DNA of 64,000 bases, taken from the NCBI GenBank assembly GCA_964575425.1, contig CAZNRD010000006.1, forward strand, positions 20,293 to 84,292, in the 5' to 3' direction. Source of the stretch: an uncultured Anaerolineaceae bacterium (lineage in GTDB: Bacteria; Chloroflexota; Anaerolineae; Anaerolineales; E44-bin32). Under the pieces are notes generated by a model. It searched no databases. It was not told the origin of the DNA and saw nothing but the letters and a program-made list of their open reading frames with translations. A program made the position numbers and the translations under genes. Of this stretch, positions 42,146-50,372 are shown piece after piece (the first letter of the stretch is position 1; each line of letters begins with the position of its first letter).

Positions 42146-43052
42146 GCCAACGGAGCCAACCCCGGCCTCGGCGAGGCAGGCGGAGGCCGGCGTGGCGTTC
42201 GGTCAAGAGCAGGGCCAGGACGAGAAGACCAGCGCCGAGCCACTGTCCGGGGGCCAGAGCTTCGCGTAGCCATAGTCGGGAAAGGCCGACGGCCACCAGC
42301 AGCTCTGCAAGACCCAGGAGCGTGCTCTGCATACTGCCAGCGTGCTTGACGCCGGCGAACAGAAACAGCCTTGAGAGGAAGGTGACGACGGTCAGACATG
42401 CCAGCGGCAAGGCTTCAGAGGCGGTGAGGGTGGCCAGTGGCGGCGAGAACAAGGCGTATGCCGGGATGACGATGGCTGCCATGGCGGCCAGAGTGTAGAA
42501 GGCGACGGTCGGCGGCGGGGCTTCGTACAGGATGCGCTCGTTGATGGGGATGTGGAGCGCGTACAACAGGCTGGCCAGGAGCAGAAAGAGTGCCGCGCGC
42601 AGGTCCACATCACTGGGGGAAGCACGGGTGAGCAGAATCACGGCGGGCACGCTCAAGAGCAGGCGCAGCACCGTGAGTGGGGTCTGCCGCTGGCCGTCCA
42701 GGTACAGTATCAGGGCAACAAACACCGGGTACAGCGAGAACAAGAGCTGAGCCAGGCCGGCGTCCAGGCGGGCCAGCCCTGAGTAGAAGAAAAGAGACCC
42801 CAGGCCGTTGAGCCCGCCTGCCAGCAGGCAGCCGACGAGGCCGAGGGGGTAGATGTAGAGATCCCGCCTGCGGAACAGGGCCAGCACGAGCAAGAGCAGC
42901 ACTGCTGACCCCGCCGTGCGGATGGCGACGACGGCCAGCGGCGGCACACCGGCCTCCAGGGCTTGCTTGCCGAAGACCGGTGTGGTTCCCATCAGCAGGG
43001 CGGAGGCCAGGGCGAAGCGAAGTCCGCGCGTGTGAGCCGGAGAGGAACTCAT
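42126..43052 (-). CDS. EamA/DMT-superfamily transporter
   Basis: About 10 predicted TM helices in two repeats. It lies 14 nt downstream of the ThrC-REC gene, and its 3' end overlaps the convergent regulator by 20 nt. Confidence 0.8.
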   Translation of the reverse strand: MSSSPAHTRGLRFALASALLMGTTPVFGKQALEAGVPPLAVVAIRTAGSAVLLLLVLALFRRRDLYIYPLGLVGCLLAGGLNGLGSLFFYSGLARLDAGLAQLLFSLYPVFVALILYLDGQRQTPLTVLRLLLSVPAVILLTRASPSDVDLRAALFLLLASLLYALHIPINERILYEAPPPTVAFYTLAAMAAIVIPAYALFSPPLATLTASEALPLACLTVVTFLSRLFLFAGVKHAGSMQSTLLGLAELLVAVGLSRLWLREALAPGQWLGAGLLVLALLLTERHAGLRLPRRGRGWLRWLTPPPA

Positions 43053-43066
43053 CCAGCGCGTCCTCT

Positions 43067-44749
43067 CTAGCCCAGGACGCGGCCGATTTCCTGCAGCAGA
43101 TCTTCGTCGAGGTACTCGCCCTTGGTGATGAGGCGGGCGATCTGCCCTTCCAGAAGCTTCTTCTCCGCCGGCGTCAGGTCCATGGCGGTGACGACGATCA
43201 CGGGAATGTTGGCAGTTTCTGGCTGCTGGCGCAGGTGGTCGAGCACCGCGAAGCCATCCATCTCGGGCATCATCAGGTCCAGCAAGATCAGGTGGGGCGG
43301 GGTGCGGCGCGCCTCGGCCAGGGCCTCGTCGCCCGAGGCGGCTTCCTGGATGGCGAAATGGCCGTGGGCCTGCAGGATGCGTTGGAGCAGGCGTCGCGTT
43401 CCGGCGTCGTCGTCGATGATCAGGATGCGCTGAACGTGTTCCTGATCGAGCTCCGCCAGGGCTGCCAGCAGCCCCTCGCGGGGCGTCTCGCGCGTCAGGG
43501 CCGTCGGCACGGCGACGTCCTGCGCCCAGCCTTCGCCGAGCAGGCTCTCCTCCACCGGCAAGGTGTGTCCTGAGCAGTTCACGACCACGATCTGGTCAGG
43601 CCGTATCTGGCCGCCGCGGGCAAGCTTGATCAGCCCGGCGAAGGCGACAGCTGCGGCCGGTTCGAGCGAAAGGCCTTCGGTCTTGGCCACGATGTGCATG
43701 GCGCGGAACGCGTCCTCGTCGCTGACGCTCTCGAAGGTGCCGCCTGGCCCTTCCAGCATCCGCTCACGGAGGAGGGTGTAGGTTCGTCCCGGATCGCCGG
43801 TGCTCAGGGTGGCGATGTGGGTGCGGGGCGACTCCACTGGGGTGACGCTGGCGGCACCGCGATGCCAGGCGTCGGCCATGGGGGCGCAGCCAGAGGTTTG
43901 AATGCCGGCAACGGCGGGGACGTTCGGGACGAGCTCGAGGGCAACGAGTTCCTCGAAGCCTTTCAGCACGCCCATCGGGCCGATCCCGCCGCTTACGGAC
44001 TGGATGTACCAGTGGGGGGCGCGCCAGGGGGTGACCGGGCGGGTGCCGCGCGCTTCGGGGGCGGCCAACCCCCCGAGCTGCTCCGCAATCTCATAGGCGA
44101 TGGTCTTCATGGACTCGACGGCGGCGATGCTGCGTGTGCCTCGGTCGAGGTACAGGCCGCGCTGCTGGGCGAACTCTGCCGCCAGCCGCTTCGCTTGGTC
44201 GTACGTCCCGGTGACCTTGATCACCTGTGTGCCGTACAGCGCGACTTCGCGCATCTTCTCTGCCGGAACCAGGCTTGTGAGGAAAGCCCACAGGCGGATG
44301 CCGGCGCGCGCACAGTAGGCCGCATACGACATGGCGACGTTTCCCGTCGAGGCGACGACGGCTTCCCTCAGGCCAGCCTCCTTCAAGACGGCCACGGTGA
44401 GGGCGGCCTGTCGGTCCTTGAAAGAGGCCGTCGGGCTCTGACGTTCGTCCTTCACGAAGAGGTGTGGCAGGCCGAGGATCGCTCCCAGGTTGCGGGCAGG
44501 GAAGAGCGGCGTGCCACCCTCGCCCATGGGAAGCATTGGCGGGACGGAGCGAACCGGGAGTAGCTCCAAGTAGCGCCACAGGTCGAACGCACGGCGGGCC
44601 ACAAGGGTCGGAAGGGTGCGCATGAGCGGGGCCAGGTCGTAGCGGGCCTCGCGCCAGTGGCTGCCGCAGCGCGGGCATTCAAGGGAGGTCGGATGATACG
44701 GCTCCCGGTGTCCGCAGTCGAGACATTCCACGTCACAGTGCAGGGCCAT
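43067..44749 (-). CDS. threonine-synthase-like PLP enzyme fused to a C-terminal response-regulator receiver domain
   Basis: aa 1-~415: zinc ribbon CLDCG..CPRCG, PLP lysine motif SFKDR (K111), and glycine loop SVSGGIG. aa 441-560: a complete REC (DD446/447, D491 in LILLDLMMPEMDG, T521, K543). Confidence 0.85.
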   Translation of the reverse strand: MALHCDVECLDCGHREPYHPTSLECPRCGSHWREARYDLAPLMRTLPTLVARRAFDLWRYLELLPVRSVPPMLPMGEGGTPLFPARNLGAILGLPHLFVKDERQSPTASFKDRQAALTVAVLKEAGLREAVVASTGNVAMSYAAYCARAGIRLWAFLTSLVPAEKMREVALYGTQVIKVTGTYDQAKRLAAEFAQQRGLYLDRGTRSIAAVESMKTIAYEIAEQLGGLAAPEARGTRPVTPWRAPHWYIQSVSGGIGPMGVLKGFEELVALELVPNVPAVAGIQTSGCAPMADAWHRGAASVTPVESPRTHIATLSTGDPGRTYTLLRERMLEGPGGTFESVSDEDAFRAMHIVAKTEGLSLEPAAAVAFAGLIKLARGGQIRPDQIVVVNCSGHTLPVEESLLGEGWAQDVAVPTALTRETPREGLLAALAELDQEHVQRILIIDDDAGTRRLLQRILQAHGHFAIQEAASGDEALAEARRTPPHLILLDLMMPEMDGFAVLDHLRQQPETANIPVIVVTAMDLTPAEKKLLEGQIARLITKGEYLDEDLLQEIGRVLG

Positions 44750-44782
44750 GATTCATCTCGCTTTGGTGCCGCCTGGGGCCAC

Positions 44783-47110
44783 TCATGGAGACACGGTGGG
44801 GTGCCGAAGGAGGCGTGAGAGCCAGCCCTGCACCTCGGCCATCATATCGGCCGGGGCCAGGCCGGATTGCTCCAGCAGGACAGTCCAGCGGTGAAACAGG
44901 TCGGCCTGCTGTTCTGGGGTGAAGGCCAGGGGTGCCAGCAGCACCAGCGGCGCTTTCGCAGTGCGCTCGTCGTGCTTGATTGCCTCAAGAGCGTCCAGGC
45001 CGTTCGTAGTGGGAGTGGTCAGGTCGATCAGAACGACGTCCGGGGGCTGCGCCTGGGCAACCTGCAGCGCCTCCTGGCCATCGGCGGCGAACACGACGCG
45101 GATCTCGGCACGATGCTCGAGCATCGCCCGCAGCTCCTGGTGCGCCTGTGGTTGATCGGAGATGGCCAGCACGAGGGGTCGTGGATGCTCGCGCGAGCAC
45201 AGGCGGAGCATGGCCGCCACCAGGTCATCCTGACGCACAGGCGGAGTGAGCCACTCCACCGCGCCGAAGCAGGCGCCTTGCTCGCGGTCGCGCCGCAGGC
45301 TGGCCAGGACCACCGGGGTCGAGCGCGTGTCGGGGGCGGCCTTCAGGCTCGCCATCAGTTGCCACGCGACGCTGTTCGGCAGAAGCGGATTCAGCACAAC
45401 CGCTCCCGGCGGACTGCCGCGCACAGTGGGGATGGCCTCCTGGGGCCTAACCGCGGAGTGCAGCTGGTAATGCGGATCAGACCAATGCTGGCGGTACCAA
45501 TCGAGAACCCCGCGATCGTCGTCGATGATGACGACCAGGGAGGAGGGGGGCGCCTCGGTTGCGGCCCCTTGCGGAGGCTCGACCGGCAGCGAGAAGGAGA
45601 ACGTGCTGCCCTCGCCGAGCTTGCTGTCCACCCAGATGCGGCCCCCGTGCAGTTCGACAAGGTGGCGGCAGATGGAGAGGCCGAGCCCGGTGCCTCCGGT
45701 CTTGCGTGTGGGAGAGGCATCGACCTGGGAGAAAGGCTCGAAGAGCTTCGCCTGGTGCTCGGCAGCGATGCCCGGACCGGTGTCGAACACGGAGACCACG
45801 ATTTCCCGGCGACCGTTGGCCTGATCCAGGCGCGCCGTCGCCCCCACCTGTCCCCGTTCGGTGAACTTCGTGGCATTGGAGATCAGGTTCAGGAGCACCT
45901 GCCGGACCCGGATGCTGTCGGCCTGGATGGGCGGCAGGTGTTCGGGGAGATCGAGGACAAGCTCAATGGGCTTGTCCTTCACCAGCCCCGCGGCCGTCGA
46001 CATGACGCTGCGAATGATCTCGAGCAGATCCACTTCGCTGAAGGCCAGCTCCATCTTGCCGGCCTCGATGCGCGACAGGTCGAGGATATCGTTGATCAGC
46101 CCCAAGAGATGCTGGCCCGAGTTGTAGATGGCGGTGAGGTCCTGTGCCTGGGTCTCATTGATGGGGCCGTCGATTCCCTTGAGGATGACGCGCGAGAACC
46201 CGATGATGGAGTTGAGCGGTGTGCGAAGCTCGTGGCTCATGTTGGCCAGGAACTGGGACTTGAGGCGATCCGCCTCGCGCATCTCCTCCAGGGCCTGGCG
46301 GGTGAGCTGGTAGCTACGGGCGTCGGTCAGAGCCTGGGCCAGCTGCTGGGCGGCCGCCTCCGCGAGGAGGCGATCGTCCTCGCTCCAGCCCCGGCCATCT
46401 TCGCGCGGCCCCAGCTCCAGCACGCCAAGCAGGCGCTCCCGGTCGAGGACGGGGATGACCAGGCGGGAGTCGCTGGGTGTGGACACTATGTCGCTGTCGA
46501 GCGGCTGGACCGACCGGGCGTCGGCGCGATAGCCGGCGAGGTGCCGTGCCGGCAGGGTCGGTGCGGCCTCGGCGGTGATCTGCGGAGCGGGTTCCGGTTG
46601 GGCCGCTCTGGGGGCCGAAGCCAGCGGGGCGAATGCTGGCGGCTCAGCAACTGCAGGCAATTTGGCAGGGGTCGGAGGTGCGGCCGCGTGCTTGCGGCGC
46701 TCGAGAACTCGGATGACGCCACGGTATCCTGCTCTCAAGCCAGATCCGTCGAGGCGCGGGACCGCGCCCAGCCAGAGTGAGACCTGGTCGCCGTCCTCGG
46801 TGGACGCATCGAGGATTAGGCCGCGAATCTCGTCGCCGCTTTCGAGGGCGCGGGCAAGGGCTGCTGACGAGCCGGCCGATAATCCGAGGAAGTCGAGCCG
46901 CTTGCCGATGAGGTCGGCCGAAGGCATTCCGAAAGCGGCTTCGATGTCGCGGCTGCACCAGGTGACGTTGCCCTGGAGGTCAGTCTCCCACATCCAGGCG
47001 CGTGGGGATTCCCGAGGGCGCGCCGCCCTGGGTGGGCTGGAGGTGGGGGACTGGGATGGGGCGCCCTGGGAGTTGCCATGCGGTCTGTTTGAGGCAGGGT
47101 TCTGGTTCAT
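44783..47110 (-). CDS. hybrid histidine kinase: PAS - short GAF - HisKA - HATPase - pseudo-receiver - receiver
   Basis: H-box MSHELRTPLN (H293) and G-boxes DTGPGI, GGTGLGLSI. REC1 has Asn at the acceptor position (VVLNPLLP). REC2 has VVLIDLTTP (D696). Confidence 0.9.
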   Translation of the reverse strand: MNQNPASNRPHGNSQGAPSQSPTSSPPRAARPRESPRAWMWETDLQGNVTWCSRDIEAAFGMPSADLIGKRLDFLGLSAGSSAALARALESGDEIRGLILDASTEDGDQVSLWLGAVPRLDGSGLRAGYRGVIRVLERRKHAAAPPTPAKLPAVAEPPAFAPLASAPRAAQPEPAPQITAEAAPTLPARHLAGYRADARSVQPLDSDIVSTPSDSRLVIPVLDRERLLGVLELGPREDGRGWSEDDRLLAEAAAQQLAQALTDARSYQLTRQALEEMREADRLKSQFLANMSHELRTPLNSIIGFSRVILKGIDGPINETQAQDLTAIYNSGQHLLGLINDILDLSRIEAGKMELAFSEVDLLEIIRSVMSTAAGLVKDKPIELVLDLPEHLPPIQADSIRVRQVLLNLISNATKFTERGQVGATARLDQANGRREIVVSVFDTGPGIAAEHQAKLFEPFSQVDASPTRKTGGTGLGLSICRHLVELHGGRIWVDSKLGEGSTFSFSLPVEPPQGAATEAPPSSLVVIIDDDRGVLDWYRQHWSDPHYQLHSAVRPQEAIPTVRGSPPGAVVLNPLLPNSVAWQLMASLKAAPDTRSTPVVLASLRRDREQGACFGAVEWLTPPVRQDDLVAAMLRLCSREHPRPLVLAISDQPQAHQELRAMLEHRAEIRVVFAADGQEALQVAQAQPPDVVLIDLTTPTTNGLDALEAIKHDERTAKAPLVLLAPLAFTPEQQADLFHRWTVLLEQSGLAPADMMAEVQGWLSRLLRHPTVSP

Positions 47111-47168
47111 GGTGATGCTTTCCGTTCCCGAGAGTCCTTCCTAGAGTGTCCCGCCGATGCGCGCATAG

Positions 47169-50100
47169 CTATTGCGGGCCTCCAGACGGGATGTTCGTCC
47201 CGGATTTTGAGCCATCGCCGGACGTCTCGAGCGGACCTCGGTGGAAGTCAGCGGCGAGGCGGATGACGGCTTCCTGCGCGCCGAGGGCGCGGCGCATCTC
47301 TGTCACCGCGGTGCGCAGGATGGCATCCACGTCGCGGGTGGAGCGGATCTTGCCCGTGATTTCCATCAGCGCTTCTTCACGCTGGGCCCGGCGCAGGGCG
47401 TCGTGGTACAGGCGAGCGTTCTGGATGGCCACACCGAGCTGGTCGCTTAGAACCTCCAGGACGGCGATCTCGTCCTCGGTGAAGGTGTGGGGACGCGTGT
47501 GCTGGACGTCGAGCGCCCCGATGACGCGGTCACCCGAGCGGAGGGGGAGCCCCAGCTCGGTTTGAGTGTCGGGGAGGTGTGGATTGGGCTTGAAGTATGG
47601 ATCCTGGCTGGCATCGTGGGCCACATAGGCCTGGCCGGTCTGAGTGACCTGGCCGACGATTGACTGCGAGCCGACAGCGAGCCGATGTCCGCTGGCCTTC
47701 ATCTCACGCCCGGCATCGCCAGTGGCCTCGCGCAGGACGGCGTACTCGCCCTTGTCGTCCACAAGGAAGATAGAGACATGGTGGAAGCCAAAGCGGTCGC
47801 GCACGAGGCTGATGGCGCGCGCCAGCAGCGTGTCGACGTCCAGCAGCGCTGTGGCGTCGCGTGCGATCTCGGCGGCGATGCGCAGCTGCGCGGCGCGGCG
47901 GTGGATCTCCTCCAGCAGCCGCGCCTGCTCGAGGGCGTTTGCCACCTCATCCGCCACCGCATCCAGCACAAGCCTGTCGTCTTCGCTCCAATCGCGAATG
48001 GGCTGCGGAGCGTCAATCCCCAGCCTGCCGATCACTTCGCCGCGCAGCGAGATCGCGGTCTCGAGGGGCATGGAGGGCGGCAGGTCCTCTCGCCTGCGCC
48101 CCTTCTGCAGGTACTCGAAGTACGTCCTGGCCGCGCCGGCGCGTCGGGCGGCGAAGAGCTGAGTCCAGGATTCCTCAGCTCGCTGCCGGTACAGGGCGTC
48201 GAGGTGTTGCAGGCTCTGTTGCATCTCGTCGAAGAGTCTGGCATTCTCGAGCGCGACGGCCACCAGGCCGGCGAGCATTTCCATCATTTCGATGTCGTCG
48301 TCGCTGAGGCCGCCTGCCAGCAGGCGTTCGACTGACAGGGTGCCGATGGCCTGGCCCCGGCTCAGGAGGGGAACAGCAAGGACTGCGAGAGGATCTCCCG
48401 GGGCAAGGCGCGCCCCCAGGATAGAGTCAGCGGAGAGATCGGGGATCTGGACGCGGCTCTTGAGGGCGGCGGCCCGGCCGAGCACACCCTGTCCAAGTGG
48501 CAGGGCCTGGCCCACGGGAATGGGCCGGATGCCGGGAGCCCGAGCGGCGCCGCGGATGATCAGTTCCTTGCCTTCGACGAGGGCGATGCTCACCCGGTCG
48601 TACCCGAAGTCCTGCTGGATGGCGGAGGCAGCCTGGATGATCACCTGACCCAGCCCAAGCTCCTCGCTGAGCTGGCGGGACAGTTCGATGATGCGGCGGC
48701 GCTGGCCGGCGCGGCGCGTCTCGACCCCGATCAGGCTGACGTTCTCGATGGCCACTGCCAGCTGATCGGCCATCGTCTGTAGGACGACGACATCGGCCTC
48801 TTCGAAGGCGTTGGCCTCGCGGCTCTGGACGTCGAGGGCGCCGATGATGCGGTTTCCGATGCGCAGCGGCAGGGCCATTTCCGAGCGCGTCTCCGGCAGG
48901 TCGGGGTTGGCAAAGTGGACGGCGTCAGCCCCCACGTCCAGCGCGATGCGCGGCTTGCCTGTGCCGGTGACGTAGCCCACGATGCCCATCTTGCCGACGC
49001 CGAGGCGGTGCCCGCGCTGGAGCATCCGCTGCCCGCCTTCGGAAGAAGCGGCGCGCAGGACAGCCCATTCGCCCGTTTCGTCAATCAGAAAGATGCCGGC
49101 GTGGTAGAAGTCGAAGCGCTCGGAGATCAGATGGACAGTCTCGTTCAGGAGGCGGTTGATGTCGCGTGTGGCGGCGGCGTCGCGGGCGACCTCGGCCGCG
49201 GTCCGGATCTGCTTCGTTCTCTCGTCCACGCGCGCTTCCAGTGAGCGGTAGAGGCTGGCCAGGTCCTCGGCCATGCGGTTGAAGGTGGCCGACAATCGCC
49301 CGACCTCGTCCGGTCGGTCGACCGGCACGCGGCGATCCCAGTCTCCCTGGGCGAAGCGCTCGGCGAACGCCGCCAGCGTTCCAAGCGGCCGGATGGAGCG
49401 GGAGGTGGCCCAGGGCACGATGAGGAACACCAGCACCACCGTGCCGAGCATCAGCGCGATGGTGAAGGTGGTGAGGGTGTTCAGGCCGCCGAAGGCCGCG
49501 CTCTGCGGCACTTCGGCCACGATCGCGGCGCCGATCTCCGGGACCCACTGGTACACCGAGAGCATGGCGTTGCCAACAGGGTCGACGAACTCGGCCTCGC
49601 CTGCCGTGCTGGTGGCCAGGGCGGCGAAGACCGGGTGATACTCGGCCTGCATCGTTCGCACATCGAGGAAGATCGCCTGGAAGCTCAGCAGCGTCTGCGG
49701 CGGCAGCGCCAGGTAGAGGGCGCTGCCGGGCATCTGCGAGCGCCGGTTTCCGCTGACCAGGTTGTACACCTCCTCACTGTTGGAGACGCCCACCAGCACG
49801 GCTCCGGGCATGGGCGTCACGGAGACGAGCGAGACAGGTGAGATCCCGCTGAACAGCCGGGTGTGGGTCAAGGCGGTGCCGTTGAAGGGGAGCTGGCTGA
49901 TGCCGCTCACGTGCCGGCCCTGCCACTGCGCGGGGTGCGAGGCCAGGATCAAGCCGTCGGAGAGCCGCACCACCATGATCCCGGTGAACCAGTCTCGCGG
50001 GGTATTGGCGTTGCTGGAGCGGAGGAGCTCCTGGACACGGGCGAGAGCCTCCTCCGACTCCGGCCCTCCCGGCTCCAGCAAGCGCGCGATGTCTTCCGCG

Positions 50101-50372
50101 AGCGAAGGATCGCGGGCGAGGTTGCGCAGAAGCGGCTCGCGGGCGCGCCGCCACTCCAGGAAGGCGGTAGTCTGGGCCTCGGCGCCGCGCTCCATCTGAC
50201 TGATGACCTGCTGCCGGATCAGCTCACGGGCACGGAAGTAGGCAGCCGTTCCCAGAGCGACGATGGGCAGGATGATGAGCGGCAGCAGTGTCAGCGTCAG
50301 CCGCGCCCCCAGGCTGGCACGCGGACCGCGCGGGATTCTGATCCGACCCTGAGAGGCGGAATCGGTGCTCAT
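47169..50372 (-). CDS. membrane sensor: TM - extracytoplasmic domain - TM - HAMP - multiple GAF domains, no recognisable output domain
   Basis: 1067 aa. HAMP region is IRPLGTLAAFAERFAQGDWDRRVPVDRPDEVGRLSATFNRMAEDL. There are at least four GAF repeats with the recurring block HRL.VG..SIVG.V...G......D.......NP.LP.T.SE...PL..G.R.IGALDVQ. ATGA overlap with the upstream gene. Confidence 0.85.
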   Translation of the reverse strand: MSTDSASQGRIRIPRGPRASLGARLTLTLLPLIILPIVALGTAAYFRARELIRQQVISQMERGAEAQTTAFLEWRRAREPLLRNLARDPSLAEDIARLLEPGGPESEEALARVQELLRSSNANTPRDWFTGIMVVRLSDGLILASHPAQWQGRHVSGISQLPFNGTALTHTRLFSGISPVSLVSVTPMPGAVLVGVSNSEEVYNLVSGNRRSQMPGSALYLALPPQTLLSFQAIFLDVRTMQAEYHPVFAALATSTAGEAEFVDPVGNAMLSVYQWVPEIGAAIVAEVPQSAAFGGLNTLTTFTIALMLGTVVLVFLIVPWATSRSIRPLGTLAAFAERFAQGDWDRRVPVDRPDEVGRLSATFNRMAEDLASLYRSLEARVDERTKQIRTAAEVARDAAATRDINRLLNETVHLISERFDFYHAGIFLIDETGEWAVLRAASSEGGQRMLQRGHRLGVGKMGIVGYVTGTGKPRIALDVGADAVHFANPDLPETRSEMALPLRIGNRIIGALDVQSREANAFEEADVVVLQTMADQLAVAIENVSLIGVETRRAGQRRRIIELSRQLSEELGLGQVIIQAASAIQQDFGYDRVSIALVEGKELIIRGAARAPGIRPIPVGQALPLGQGVLGRAAALKSRVQIPDLSADSILGARLAPGDPLAVLAVPLLSRGQAIGTLSVERLLAGGLSDDDIEMMEMLAGLVAVALENARLFDEMQQSLQHLDALYRQRAEESWTQLFAARRAGAARTYFEYLQKGRRREDLPPSMPLETAISLRGEVIGRLGIDAPQPIRDWSEDDRLVLDAVADEVANALEQARLLEEIHRRAAQLRIAAEIARDATALLDVDTLLARAISLVRDRFGFHHVSIFLVDDKGEYAVLREATGDAGREMKASGHRLAVGSQSIVGQVTQTGQAYVAHDASQDPYFKPNPHLPDTQTELGLPLRSGDRVIGALDVQHTRPHTFTEDEIAVLEVLSDQLGVAIQNARLYHDALRRAQREEALMEITGKIRSTRDVDAILRTAVTEMRRALGAQEAVIRLAADFHRGPLETSGDGSKSGTNIPSGGPQ

